Assembly: GCA_017992215.1 (NCBI GenBank)
Contig: JAGOOZ010000001.1
Span: 1 to 43,640 of the forward strand
Length of the DNA: 43,640 bases
DNA from: Minisyncoccota bacterium
GTDB taxonomy: Bacteria > Patescibacteriota > Minisyncoccia > Phycocordibacterales > UBA9973
Direction of reading: 5' to 3'
Position numbers and translations under genes: made by a program. The stretch's first letter is position 1; each line of letters opens with the position of its first letter. Below the pieces are notes generated by a model. It was given only the letters and a program-made list of their open reading frames with translations. It ran no database searches and was not told the origin of the DNA. Positions 25,764 to 35,887 of the stretch are shown here, piece after piece.

Positions 25764-26777
25764 TTAGAGTGAAAAATTCTTGATATTATAGAGATCAATA
25801 TCTTCTTCTGTTTGCTTGATTTCATCTTCGTCGCGGTCATCAATCAAATGCATTTCATCTGATTCCATATCGGGGGTATTTGTCACCACGATTGGTGTAT
25901 CTATTTTCTGAGATGCAATGAAATTTTCGAGCATTTCACTTGGATTCTTGTTTTGATTTGATTTGATTAAATCAAGTATCGTCCGAAGATCATCATGGGT
26001 AAAGAAATCGATTGTAATATACCCCCCATTTTCTTTTCGTTCGATATGTACACGAGTACCAAGACTCTCTTGAAGTTTTTCTTCCATTTCAGCAATCTCA
26101 GGATCAGGCATATATTCCTTTTTACGAACACGATCGAAAGCGATTTTTCGAGCAGCTTTTTCTGCGTCACGAACAGTCATTTTCTTAAAAACAATTTCTT
26201 TAAAGAGAACCATTTGTTCTTCTGGTCTGTCTGCAAGCATGAGAATCGGTCGTGTGTGACCCTCGCTTATCTTTCCGGCAGATAATGCATCGAGAATCTC
26301 TTGTGGAAGTGCAAGAAGGCGAAGTGTATTTGAAACATATTCACGACTCTTGCCAACTTTCATACCAACCTGCCCATGTGTGAATTTAAATTCCTCAACA
26401 AGACGGAAAAAAGCACGGGCTCGCTCAACAGCATTTAAATCTTCACGTTGGAGATTTTCAATAATCGCAAGTTCGAGTTTTGCCATACTGTCATCACCGA
26501 CACGGATAATAACAGGCACTTGATCAAGCCCTGCGAGTTTAGATGCACGAAGACGACGTTCACCGGCAATGAGTTCATACTCAACACTAATACCCTCATC
26601 TTCTCTTTGGACTTCAATACGAGACACAACGAGCGGTTGGAGCACACCATATTGACGAATAGAATCAGAGAGGTCACGTAAACGAGCCTCATCGAACTCA
26701 CGACGTGGTTGAAATGGGTTTGGTTTGATTTTAGAAGTTTCTACCCAGAAAATTGAATTACTATATAACTGTGACAT
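25764..26777 (-). CDS. parB: Chromosome partitioning protein ParB with an acidic C-terminal extension
   Basis: Start at MSQLYSNSIFWVETSKIKPNPFQPRREF. GVLQPLVV. ParB box ELIAGERRLRA. HTH GQVGMKVGKSREYVSNTLRLL. The ORF-track N-terminal extension runs through tRNA-Tyr. Confidence 0.9.
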   Translation of the reverse strand: MSQLYSNSIFWVETSKIKPNPFQPRREFDEARLRDLSDSIRQYGVLQPLVVSRIEVQREDEGISVEYELIAGERRLRASKLAGLDQVPVIIRVGDDSMAKLELAIIENLQREDLNAVERARAFFRLVEEFKFTHGQVGMKVGKSREYVSNTLRLLALPQEILDALSAGKISEGHTRPILMLADRPEEQMVLFKEIVFKKMTVRDAEKAARKIAFDRVRKKEYMPDPEIAEMEEKLQESLGTRVHIERKENGGYITIDFFTHDDLRTILDLIKSNQNKNPSEMLENFIASQKIDTPIVVTNTPDMESDEMHLIDDRDEDEIKQTEEDIDLYNIKNFSL

Positions 26778-26825
26778 GTTGTGTATTTTAGCATAGATTA
26801 CGAAGAGAGAAAAATTATGTGTATA

Positions 26826-26854
26826 TTGAAAAAAAACACAAAAGCGTGTATACT
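26826..26854 (+). promoter_or_regulatory. Promoter of tRNA-Tyr: TTGAAA-17-TATACT
   Basis: -35 at 26826-26831 and -10 at 26849-26854. The tRNA 5' end lies 12 nt downstream of the -10. Confidence 0.6.
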
Positions 26855-26865
26855 CCCCTTTGTAT

Positions 26866-26948
26866 GCGTCGGTGGTGGAGTGGTCTATCACATCAGACTG
26901 TAAATCTGACGGCCTTGGCCTTCGTTGGTTCGAATCCAACCCGGCGCA
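26866..26948 (+). tRNA. tRNA-Tyr (anticodon GUA), long variable arm, CCA not encoded
   Basis: Acceptor GCGUCGG/CCGGCGC (one G-U). Anticodon stem UCAGA/UCUGA with loop CUGUAAA. Variable arm CGGCCUUGGCCUUCG. T arm GUUGG-UUCGAAU-CCAAC. Discriminator A. Confidence 0.9.
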
Positions 26949-26993
26949 CAAAAGTAAAAAATCAAGCTCTGGCTTGGTTTTTTACTTTTGTGC
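26946..26993 (+). terminator. 22-bp hairpin immediately 3' of tRNA-Tyr (terminator-like)
   Basis: gcacaaaagtaaaaaa / ttttttacttttgtgc plus inner caagc/gcttg. The U-rich 3' arm overlaps the last 3 nt of the tRNA. Confidence 0.55.
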
Positions 26994-27042
26994 GAACCAT
27001 AAAAACATTCCCTTATTTCATATTTAATGATATAAATTCTTT

Positions 27043-28284
27043 ATGTCTTCTAAAAATATCATTATCGTGCTTCTTGTCATCGCATGTATTGGAATCGTAG
27101 CGATTTTTTCTGGTACAAATATGGATAAAAATTTTGGAACAACACCTATTCCATTTTCACAAAACATATTCAATCAAAACACTTCATCAAAAACAATCGA
27201 GGAAACAATTATTACCACAACAGAAAATACCTCAGATGCTCAAAATCCATACATACGCCAACCATTCTCTGTGTATACAAATCAATCACCTGTATTCACC
27301 TATTCCCCACAGGCAAATCCGCAAGCACCACAAACACCTGCACAAAACACACAATGTCCATCGGTACAAACGCGCGCGCTGTGGGTCTGGGATTCTGATA
27401 TCATCACAAATACCAGTGAGCGTTCTATGTTACTCTCCTTTTCATCATCACGAAATATCAATACACTCTACATAGAAAGTTACAGTATTATTACCGGTAA
27501 TTCGACAACAGACAAAAATAACCTCGCCGACCTTATCCGTATTGCATATGACCAATGTATTTCTATTGAACTTCTTGCCGGTGAAAGTGAGTGGTATCTA
27601 CCAAGTAATCATTCATCTGCTGTTAACTTCGCCCAAAAAGCAGTTGATTTCACCCGAGGTCTATCTATCAAGCCAAAGGCAATTCACCTCGATGTAGAGC
27701 CATACGGATACTCGAGTGGTTCACTCTGGGATGCAAACAACGGTACAAACCGAGGTGCAATTCTCTCTGACTATATTTCAATGCTTACAAAAGTAAAATC
27801 AACCCTTGGAAACACCCTACTTCTCAATGTCGACGTACCATTCTGGTATGACAGTGCAAGTGGGCTTCAAGGTTCTGGGGCAGCATATTTCTCAAAACAA
27901 ATTATGGATACTGTTGATATCATGACAATCATGGATTATCGAGATACTGCATTTGGAGTAAAATCATCAGGAGAAATTATTTCATCAAAAAATGAAAGTT
28001 CGAATGGTATTTACGATCTCGGATATGATGAAGTCGCCTACGCAAATAGTATTGGTAAAAAAGTCATCATTGGAGTAGAAACAAAATGTTTCTCTGATTC
28101 AGCATCTGCACAAATCACCTTCTGTGGAACACGCACTGTCGGAAATCAAACAATCAAAAAGGGTGTCTCATTCCTCGCACATGAACTCGAGAAAGTCCGT
28201 ACTGCTTTTAGCTCTCTTGCAAGTTTCGGTGGTACCGCAATTCATCACTACGACTCATATCAAACTCTTCCACAATCATATTAA
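27043..28284 (+). CDS. Hypothetical membrane-anchored extracytoplasmic protein (possible glycoside-hydrolase-like TIM barrel)
   Basis: N-terminal TM helix and a Q/P/T-rich linker. C-terminal ~300 aa with ALWVWD...LYIESY...IHLDVEPY...IMDY strand-end pattern. The fold call is tentative. Confidence 0.5.
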   Translation: MSSKNIIIVLLVIACIGIVAIFSGTNMDKNFGTTPIPFSQNIFNQNTSSKTIEETIITTTENTSDAQNPYIRQPFSVYTNQSPVFTYSPQANPQAPQTPAQNTQCPSVQTRALWVWDSDIITNTSERSMLLSFSSSRNINTLYIESYSIITGNSTTDKNNLADLIRIAYDQCISIELLAGESEWYLPSNHSSAVNFAQKAVDFTRGLSIKPKAIHLDVEPYGYSSGSLWDANNGTNRGAILSDYISMLTKVKSTLGNTLLLNVDVPFWYDSASGLQGSGAAYFSKQIMDTVDIMTIMDYRDTAFGVKSSGEIISSKNESSNGIYDLGYDEVAYANSIGKKVIIGVETKCFSDSASAQITFCGTRTVGNQTIKKGVSFLAHELEKVRTAFSSLASFGGTAIHHYDSYQTLPQSY

Positions 28285-28316
28285 ACAAAACCCTCACACG
28301 TGTGAGGGTTTTGTTT
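28283..28316. terminator. Bidirectional terminator hairpin
   Basis: aaacaaaaccctcacac / gtgtgagggttttgttt perfect palindrome between convergent genes. Confidence 0.85.
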
Positions 28317-28321
28317 AATAT

Positions 28322-31036
28322 TTACATATTTCGAATTGTTGATTTTGTCATCTTTACAGGAGATTCAATTTTCTTCCCACCAGATGATCGGGCAAGCTTT
28401 TTCATTTCAATCACGAGCTCACCATCTTTGAATGAAACGACAACAACATCTCCTTTCTTTACGCCTTTCCCAATAATGAATGATGCCACAGGATTGAGAA
28501 TTTTATTCTGAATAAGACGATTGAGTGGTCGAGCACCATACTCTGGAGTGTATCCTTCTTTTGCTAAATACGAGAGTGCCTCAGATGATATCTCAAGTGT
28601 AATATCTTTTGAAAGCAAACGCTCTCGAACAATAGAAATCTTGAGATCAACAATCGTACGAATAACACTTTCAGGTAAAATATCAAAGACAATAATATCA
28701 TCAAGTCGATTGAGAAATTCTGGACGGAAATGATCCTTTAGAGACGCAAGAACTTTGTCCTTTGTTGCCTGGTACTCGTCTTTCTTTGAATTGTTTGTAA
28801 AACCAAGTGATTCCATTTTCTCAATCAAATGTGAACCAATATTTGACGTAAGGATAATCACTGTATTTTTGAAGTTTACAACTCGGCCCTTAGCATCAGT
28901 GAGGCGTCCTTCATCAAGCACTTGAAGTAAAATATTAAACACTTCAGGGTGTGCCTTTTCTATTTCATCAAAAAGAATTACAGAATATGGGCGATGACGT
29001 ACAGCCTCAGTAAGATTCCCTGCTTCATCATAACCAACATAGCCTGGAGGTGAACCAATAAGTTTTGAAACACTATGACGTTCCATGTACTCACTCATAT
29101 CTACACGAATAAGTGCCTTGTCGTCATTAAATAAAAACTGTGCAAGGGCTTTTGTAAGCTCTGTCTTACCAACACCCGTAGGACCCAAGAACATAAATGA
29201 ACCAATTGGTTTATTGGGATCAGAAATCCCTGCACGGCTGAGACGGATCACGTTTGCAATCTTTGCTAGCGCTTCATCTTGACCTACAACACGATTCTTG
29301 AGTTCTTCTTCCATGTGTGCGAGTTTCTGTCTTTCTTCTTCGAGCATTTTTGAAAGAGGGACACCTGTCCATCGAGACACCACTTCTGCGATATCTTCAG
29401 CAGTAATTTCTTCTTTGAGAATACGTCGTGACTTTTGCAACTTTTTTAATCGTGCGAGTTTTGTCTCAAGTTTCTTCTCAAGATCAGGAATACGGCCATA
29501 GCGTATCTCAGCAGCACGAGCAAGGTCAGCACGCATTTCAGCATTTTCACCTTCAAGGCGAAGCGTATCAAGTTCTTTTTTGATTGAACGAATCTCTGAA
29601 ACTGTTTCTTTTTCGTTTTTCCATTTTAATTCAAGTTCTCGAGTTTTCTCTTTGAGATTACTAATCTCTTTATCGATATCTTTAATACGAGCTTGTGTAT
29701 TTCGTTTCTCTGATGATTTTTCATGAGCAGAAATATCTGAAAGAAGTGCTTCCTTTTCAATTTCAAAACGCATAATTTTACGATCAGTATCTTCGAGGAC
29801 TTGTGGTTTGTTTTCAAGTGCAAGACGAAGTGACGACGCAGCTTCATCGATCAAGTCAACGGCCTTGTCTGGCAAATAACGATTGGTGATGTATCGAGTC
29901 GAGAGTTGGACTGCAGCAATAATTGCATCATCGGTGATTCGAATACCGTGGAATAATTCATATTTTTCTTTAAGTCCACGAAGAATCGCAATTGCATCAT
30001 CAGTATTTGGTTCATCTACGTAAATAGGCTGGAAACGACGTGCGAGCGCAGGATCCTTTTCGATATGTTTTTGATATTCTTTAAGCGTTGTTGCGCCGAT
30101 TACATGCATTTCACCTCGTGCAAGGGCGGGCTTTATCATATTTGAAGCATCGAGTGACCCTTCTGCACCACCAGCACCTACGATAGTATGGAGTTCATCG
30201 ATAAAAAGAATTATTTTACCCTCTGACTTTTTAATTTCTTTCATGATGCCACTGAGACGTTCCTCGAATTCTCCACGATATTTGGTACCAGAAAGAAGAA
30301 GTCCTAAATCAAGTGCGATTAATTCTTTGTCTTTGAGTGATTCAGGGACATCGTTACGTGCAATACGAATCGCAAGTGCTTCAGCGACAGCGGTTTTTCC
30401 TGTACCTGCCTCACCAATAAGAATTGGATTATTTTTTGTACGACGAGAAAGAATCTGCATCATCCGCATGATTTCTGTATCGCGACCAATCACAGGGTCG
30501 AGCTTATCTGCCCGTGCAAGGTCTGTCAGATTGCGAGTAAACTTTGTAAGCATCTTTGGCTTCTTTGCCGTTGATGTATCAACACCACCTTCACTCTGAA
30601 GCAAGGAGAGTACAGAAATAACAGCATCTTTTGTAATTTTGAAACGAGAAAGGAGGTGCTGTGCTTCACCTGGTGTTTCAATAAGAGAAAGGAATAGATG
30701 TTCTGTTGAAACAAATTCATTCTTCATATCGTGTGCAACCTTTGTCGAGTGTTCAATAGCCTGTGCAAGATCAGGAGTGAGGTAGATTTGATACGATTGT
30801 GTCATTGTATTTTTATTCTCTGGCGATTCAATCATTTCAAGGAGATTGTCGGTCAGGAGAATCGAATCAATATCCATACGGTCAAGAATTGACGCAACCA
30901 AAGAATCCTCTTGTGTCATAAGAGCAGTTAAAAGATGGAGTCCGTTTACATGATTCTGACCACGCTCAATCGCAATCTCATGAGCCTTTCGAATCACCTC
31001 CTTTGCTTTTGTTGTAAAGTGGTTAAATGGTGGCAT
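28322..31036 (-). CDS. clpB: ATP-dependent chaperone ClpB
   Basis: Clp_N repeats. AAA+ module 1 GEAGTGKTA. Long coiled-coil M domain. AAA+ module 2 GPTGVGKTE. Sensor GARPLNR. About 40-aa C-terminal extension. Start taken at MPPFNHF. Confidence 0.95.
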   Translation of the reverse strand: MPPFNHFTTKAKEVIRKAHEIAIERGQNHVNGLHLLTALMTQEDSLVASILDRMDIDSILLTDNLLEMIESPENKNTMTQSYQIYLTPDLAQAIEHSTKVAHDMKNEFVSTEHLFLSLIETPGEAQHLLSRFKITKDAVISVLSLLQSEGGVDTSTAKKPKMLTKFTRNLTDLARADKLDPVIGRDTEIMRMMQILSRRTKNNPILIGEAGTGKTAVAEALAIRIARNDVPESLKDKELIALDLGLLLSGTKYRGEFEERLSGIMKEIKKSEGKIILFIDELHTIVGAGGAEGSLDASNMIKPALARGEMHVIGATTLKEYQKHIEKDPALARRFQPIYVDEPNTDDAIAILRGLKEKYELFHGIRITDDAIIAAVQLSTRYITNRYLPDKAVDLIDEAASSLRLALENKPQVLEDTDRKIMRFEIEKEALLSDISAHEKSSEKRNTQARIKDIDKEISNLKEKTRELELKWKNEKETVSEIRSIKKELDTLRLEGENAEMRADLARAAEIRYGRIPDLEKKLETKLARLKKLQKSRRILKEEITAEDIAEVVSRWTGVPLSKMLEEERQKLAHMEEELKNRVVGQDEALAKIANVIRLSRAGISDPNKPIGSFMFLGPTGVGKTELTKALAQFLFNDDKALIRVDMSEYMERHSVSKLIGSPPGYVGYDEAGNLTEAVRHRPYSVILFDEIEKAHPEVFNILLQVLDEGRLTDAKGRVVNFKNTVIILTSNIGSHLIEKMESLGFTNNSKKDEYQATKDKVLASLKDHFRPEFLNRLDDIIVFDILPESVIRTIVDLKISIVRERLLSKDITLEISSEALSYLAKEGYTPEYGARPLNRLIQNKILNPVASFIIGKGVKKGDVVVVSFKDGELVIEMKKLARSSGGKKIESPVKMTKSTIRNM

Positions 31037-31057
31037 AGTGTTTATTTTATACAATAA

Positions 31058-31579
31058 TTAATTTGTAGTGTCAACTTTTGTATCGTTTACTTCAACGGGT
31101 ACTTTGAGTTTTGTTTTTGAAACAACCATGAGCATACTTAATCCATTATCAAATTTCTTTAAAAGTTTTGCCTTGTAAAATGTATCTCCAAGTGCAACTG
31201 TGTGCTCTTCCCCTCGAGAGACTACTGTCCCATCAATCAAAATAAGACCAGTATCAGAAATCACCACACCTTGACCGAGAACAAAGAATGCATCAGGCAC
31301 AACATCAGGATTTACATTTTCGCCTGCTGGGAGTGGAGGATAGATATCAACGAGTGTTGTACCATTGCTTGGGATAATCCCCTTTTGTTCAACGGGAACT
31401 GGTACTGTTGTCACTTTTTCAATAGTTCTTTGAATCACATTATTAATAGTCTGAGGAACACTTTGAGGCATTTGTTGCATAAGAGATACTGTGACAATAC
31501 CCGTCGCGAGTGAGACGACAAAGGAGATAAGGAGTGCGAGCAATATAAGTTGTGGTTTGTTTAAATCTTTAATATCCAT
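31058..31579 (-). CDS. Hypothetical membrane-anchored protein
   Basis: 173 aa with a single N-terminal TM helix. Extended -10 TGgTATACT lies 7 nt upstream of the ATG. Confidence 0.55.
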   Translation of the reverse strand: MDIKDLNKPQLILLALLISFVVSLATGIVTVSLMQQMPQSVPQTINNVIQRTIEKVTTVPVPVEQKGIIPSNGTTLVDIYPPLPAGENVNPDVVPDAFFVLGQGVVISDTGLILIDGTVVSRGEEHTVALGDTFYKAKLLKKFDNGLSMLMVVSKTKLKVPVEVNDTKVDTTN

Positions 31580-31650
31580 ATAAGGTAGTATACCATAGCT
31601 GTCAAACCTATTTCCACCCTATCACCATTCAAAAATATCTTCATGAAATA

Positions 31651-31687
31651 CAAAAAGTACCCTTTCGGAAAAAATCCAAAAGGGTAC
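31651..31687 (-). terminator. Rho-independent terminator of 31707-32468
   Basis: Minus-strand hairpin GUACCCUUU/AAAGGGUAC followed by U5 (plus A-run 31652-31656). Confidence 0.75.
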
Positions 31688-31706
31688 AAGATAATAGTTA
31701 ATAGAG

Positions 31707-32468
31707 TTAGAAACGAATCTGACGAGGACCATAGAAAGAATTACGATCGCCACGAGAGTCGAAACCCACCTCGAACCGACCGCCGCCATTACGGCGCATG
31801 TCCATCGTACAATCACCAAAATCCAATGCATGAAAGCGGGTTAATCCCTTAATATCAAGCATGTTGCCAGACTCAAATCTTTCCCGAAAAGCCACAATGA
31901 TACCTTCTTTGGGAATCATGTACTGATTACCATCAGAACAGAAATCATTGTAACTTTTATTCAGGTGTTCCTGGTCTGGCTCTATTGTGCCCTTCCATGC
32001 AAAACAATAATTGCCCTTAGGGTGATCTTGCTCTGTTTTAACGGCACTGTCGGGAGTTTGAGAATACGGATTGGGACCCACTGAACTATCACCAAACTTT
32101 TTCTTGTATCCATCGATGTATTCTCTGCGGTGAAAGGCACCATGCACATACTCAAGGCGTGGGTACTTTTCATCGTAGGCAGGGAGCGATACCTTTGACC
32201 AGTCAATCGTCAGATTGAAAATACTTTTATAGAAGCGTTCAATCTTTTTCTTTTGCCCAGCCCATGGATCAATTGGGATGTTGAGTAATTCGGCAGTAAT
32301 CTTTTCTGATGCCTTACGAATGAAATCCTCATTTCGAAGAATTTCCTGCATTTCATCAGTGTTCAACTTTCCACGGATAGCATCAATAACACCATTCGTA
32401 ATAATAAGACCCAAACGGGCATGTTGCCAGCCAGAAGCTGACTCAATTGTTTCTTTTGCGTTGTTCAT
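31707..32468 (-). CDS. Hypothetical 253-aa protein (orphan)
   Basis: Monocistronic: TGTATAAT box about 75 nt upstream and its own terminator. No family recognised. C-terminal glycine-rich RRNGGGRFEVGF. Confidence 0.55.
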   Translation of the reverse strand: MNNAKETIESASGWQHARLGLIITNGVIDAIRGKLNTDEMQEILRNEDFIRKASEKITAELLNIPIDPWAGQKKKIERFYKSIFNLTIDWSKVSLPAYDEKYPRLEYVHGAFHRREYIDGYKKKFGDSSVGPNPYSQTPDSAVKTEQDHPKGNYCFAWKGTIEPDQEHLNKSYNDFCSDGNQYMIPKEGIIVAFRERFESGNMLDIKGLTRFHALDFGDCTMDMRRNGGGRFEVGFDSRGDRNSFYGPRQIRF

Positions 32469-32637
32469 AACTCTGCGTATTTATTTTTGTGTAAGAACTA
32501 GTGGGTAAAGGAAAAAGTCCGTTACCATAGCTTTTTTATATTATACACCTAAAAAAGTATTATGTCAACTTAACAAAGTATCCTTATTTAAAAGCCCTTT
32601 CCCATCTCCCTAGGTTTAACCTAAGGAGAAACTATAA

Positions 32638-33858
32638 CTATTTCCACTTCTTGTATTTTTGAAGAATAGATGCCAAGGCTTTGATACATGCGTCAATATC
32701 ATTCTTTTTTGTTCCGCGTCCCATTGAGATACGAATAGAATCATTTGAGTGTTTTGTATCGTTCGAACTACGACGAAGCATTGCAATCACATGTGAACCA
32801 GTATCATTGTCACTGGCACACGCACTTCGCTCAGAAACAAGTATCCCCTTCGCATCAAGCTCAATCACAAGAAGCTCACTTGAAATTCCAGCAATAGAAA
32901 TATTTATGTTATTAGGAAGACGATTTTTCTCATCACCATTCACGATAATTTCATATCCAGATTCTTGAGAGAGTGTACGTAATTTTTCAATTCCATATTC
33001 ACGAAGTAGAACAAGCCGAGCAGATTCTTTCTCTTTTATCTTTGTCGTTTTAAGAAGTACGTACCCAATGCCTACAATAGCAGAGACATTTTCTGTACCA
33101 GAACGCAAACCAAATTCCTGACCACCACCAGCATAGAGTGGTGCGAGAGTAACACTTCTTTTTTTAAATAATACACCAACACCTTTTGGTCCGTATATTT
33201 TTGATCCATTAAAAGAAAGTAAATCAACACCGAGCTTTTCAATATTTTCAGTAAAGAGATAATTCATCGCCTGACAGGCATCCGTATGAAAGAGCGGATA
33301 GGAAAACGAATGTATTTTTTTAAAATGTCGAATCTCTTTTGCAATTTCTTCTATTGGTTGAATTGTACCTATTTCATTGTTGGCATACATTACAGAGACA
33401 AGAACAGTCTCAGGACGAAGTGCATCACGAACATCCTTTGGGTTTACGATTCCCTTCTCATTGATTGATATATACGTAACCATAGCTTTCCCTTCTTTTT
33501 CTAACAGTCGACAGTTTTCAAGTACAGCACTATGTTCAATACTTGTTGTTATGATATGAGGAAGATGGGTGCCCACATAATTCTTTACAGCTCCGTGTAT
33601 CGCAAGAGCAACACTCTCCGTACCACTTCCGGTAAAGATAATTTCATCACTATGCGCTGATAAAGATTTCGCTACAGATTCTCGTGCGTGCTCTACATAT
33701 CTGCGAGCAACAATACCGAGTGTGTGTACCGCACTCGGATTTGCACCTTTTATCTGGTCCTCACAATCAGACATTACCTGACGACAAATAGGGTCAAGTG
33801 AAGTAGATGAAGCGTGGTCGAGATATATTTTTTTTGTATTACGCAGAGGATTCCACAT
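32638..33858 (-). CDS. Cysteine desulfurase (class V aminotransferase, NifS/IscS family)
   Basis: IYLDHASST N-terminus, HTDACQ, PLP-lysine context SFNGSKIYGPKG, RSGTEN, catalytic Cys loop SERSACAS. Confidence 0.9.
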   Translation of the reverse strand: MWNPLRNTKKIYLDHASSTSLDPICRQVMSDCEDQIKGANPSAVHTLGIVARRYVEHARESVAKSLSAHSDEIIFTGSGTESVALAIHGAVKNYVGTHLPHIITTSIEHSAVLENCRLLEKEGKAMVTYISINEKGIVNPKDVRDALRPETVLVSVMYANNEIGTIQPIEEIAKEIRHFKKIHSFSYPLFHTDACQAMNYLFTENIEKLGVDLLSFNGSKIYGPKGVGVLFKKRSVTLAPLYAGGGQEFGLRSGTENVSAIVGIGYVLLKTTKIKEKESARLVLLREYGIEKLRTLSQESGYEIIVNGDEKNRLPNNINISIAGISSELLVIELDAKGILVSERSACASDNDTGSHVIAMLRRSSNDTKHSNDSIRISMGRGTKKNDIDACIKALASILQKYKKWK

Positions 33859-33918
33859 GTAGACCACTATATCACAGCATTGTAAAAAATGCTTTTGTAG
33901 TATATACTCTTTGTCAGT

Positions 33919-34365
33919 ATGAGTACTCTACTTCTTTTTTACATACTTGCAGGAATAATCGTTATTCTCTTGGTCTGGATACTCTTGATCGAGCGTCGGT
34001 TGCGAATCTTTTTTTCTGGAACACAAGCAAAAAATCTTGAAGATATTTTTACTGCACTTATCACCAATATTCGAGAGCTTCAAGAGAAAAACGACGCCAC
34101 AGATGCTCGTCTTACTATCGTCGACAAACGACTCAACACTTCAATCAGAAGTATTCAAACGCGACGATTTAATCCCTTTGAAGACGCAGGAAGCAATCAA
34201 AGTTTTGCTATCTCATTTTTAAATGACGAAGGAGATGGTGTTATTATTTCAAGTCTCTACGCACGAGACAGAATGAGCATTTTTGCAAAACCAATTTCAA
34301 AAGGAACATCAGAATTTGATCTTTCAGATGAAGAGCGTGATGTGCTCAAAAAATCACAACAATAA
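33919..34365 (+). CDS. DUF4446 family protein
   Basis: N-terminal TM helix, coiled segment and the conserved core RFNPFEDAGSNQSFAISFLNDEGDGVIISSLYARD. Confidence 0.75.
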   Translation: MSTLLLFYILAGIIVILLVWILLIERRLRIFFSGTQAKNLEDIFTALITNIRELQEKNDATDARLTIVDKRLNTSIRSIQTRRFNPFEDAGSNQSFAISFLNDEGDGVIISSLYARDRMSIFAKPISKGTSEFDLSDEERDVLKKSQQ

Positions 34366-34374
34366 TTATTATAT

Positions 34375-35886
34375 ATGCCCACACCACACACACAACAAAA
34401 TACAATCACACGACCACCTGTTGTCGTTATTATGGGGCATGTTGACCACGGCAAATCAACACTTCTTGACTATATCCGCAAGTCAAATATCGTAAGCGGT
34501 GAAGCTGGTGGTATCACCCAGCATATTTCAGCTTATGAAGTAGCACACAAGAGCGAAGCTGGTGAAAACAGACTCATTACATTCCTCGATACTCCCGGAC
34601 ACGAAGCATTTTCAAAAATGCGTGCTCGTGGTGCAACAACAGCAGATATTGCAATCCTTGTCGTATCAGCAGAAGATAGCGTCAAGACACAAACACTTGA
34701 AGCCTACCAAACAATCATTGACAGCAAGATTCCCTATATTGTTGCGATCAATAAAATAGACCGCCCAAATGCAAATGTAGAGAAGGTAAAAATGGACCTT
34801 GTAGAAAAAGGAATTTACCTTGAAGGATTTGGTGGTGATATCCCTTTTGTACCCATTTCGGCAAAAGAAGGAACTGGTATTCCTGAATTATTGGATATGA
34901 TTATCCTTGTTGCAGATATGCAGGCACTCACCGGTGACCAAAATGCCACCGCACGTGGTGTGATTATCGAAGCACACAGAGACCCAAAACGAGGTATCTC
35001 AGCAACTGGTATTATTAAAAATGGCACACTTTCTGCTGGTATGTTTGTTGTAGCAGGAACAAGTATGGTCAATACTCGCATCATGGAAAATTTCCTAGGA
35101 AAAGCAATCAAAAGTGTTTCTTTTTCATCCCCTGTTTCTCTTGTTGGGTTTGATAGTATGCCTGATGTTGGAAGTACATTTGAATCATTTGCAACAAAAA
35201 AGGAAGCTGAAGCATATATCACTGAATGGAAAAGTATCGAACACGAATCATCATCTCTTTCACCAGAAAAAATTACATCCAAGAAAACAATTCCCCTTAT
35301 TATCAAAACAGATGTTATGGGAACGATTGAAGCACTTGAAAAAGAAATCTCAAAAATGAACACTGACGATATTTCATTTAAAATTATCGGCAAAGGTGTT
35401 GGTGCTATCAATGAAAACGACCTCAAGATGGCACATGTGAACAAAGAAAGTATCATTGTTGGATTCAATACAAAACTCGACACAGGGGCACGTGACCTCA
35501 ACGAATCATTCAAGGTAACCGTTCAAACATTTGATATTATCTACAAACTCACTGACTGGCTCAAAGAGATTGTAGAAGAACGACGTCCACGAATCGAAAG
35601 TATGGAAACAATCGGAACACTTAAAGTTCTCAAGACATTTAGTGCAACAAAAGACAAGCAAGTTATCGGTGGAAAAGTAACCCTTGGGCACATTACCGAA
35701 GGAGGTACGGTTCGAGTAATGCGTCGTGACTTTGAAATTGGTCGCGGTAAAATCGTTGGGATGCAAATCAATAAAACAAAAGTAAAACATGTCGAAGAAG
35801 GGACTGATTGTGGACTCCTCGTAGAAGCAAAAATCGACATTGCACCAGGTGATGTACTCGAAGTATTTACAATAACCATCATATAA
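34375..35886 (+). CDS. infB: Translation initiation factor IF-2 (no N-terminal domains)
   Basis: RPPVVVIMGHVDHGKSTLLD, DTPGHEAF, NKID. C-terminal beta-barrel domains. 503 aa. Confidence 0.95.
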   Translation: MPTPHTQQNTITRPPVVVIMGHVDHGKSTLLDYIRKSNIVSGEAGGITQHISAYEVAHKSEAGENRLITFLDTPGHEAFSKMRARGATTADIAILVVSAEDSVKTQTLEAYQTIIDSKIPYIVAINKIDRPNANVEKVKMDLVEKGIYLEGFGGDIPFVPISAKEGTGIPELLDMIILVADMQALTGDQNATARGVIIEAHRDPKRGISATGIIKNGTLSAGMFVVAGTSMVNTRIMENFLGKAIKSVSFSSPVSLVGFDSMPDVGSTFESFATKKEAEAYITEWKSIEHESSSLSPEKITSKKTIPLIIKTDVMGTIEALEKEISKMNTDDISFKIIGKGVGAINENDLKMAHVNKESIIVGFNTKLDTGARDLNESFKVTVQTFDIIYKLTDWLKEIVEERRPRIESMETIGTLKVLKTFSATKDKQVIGGKVTLGHITEGGTVRVMRRDFEIGRGKIVGMQINKTKVKHVEEGTDCGLLVEAKIDIAPGDVLEVFTITII

Positions 35887-35887
35887 T

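Noticed and set aside
26778-26951. N-terminal 58-codon extension of the parB ORF
   Set aside because: It is antisense to tRNA-Tyr and its promoter. The conserved ParB N-terminus begins at MSQLYSN (26777).
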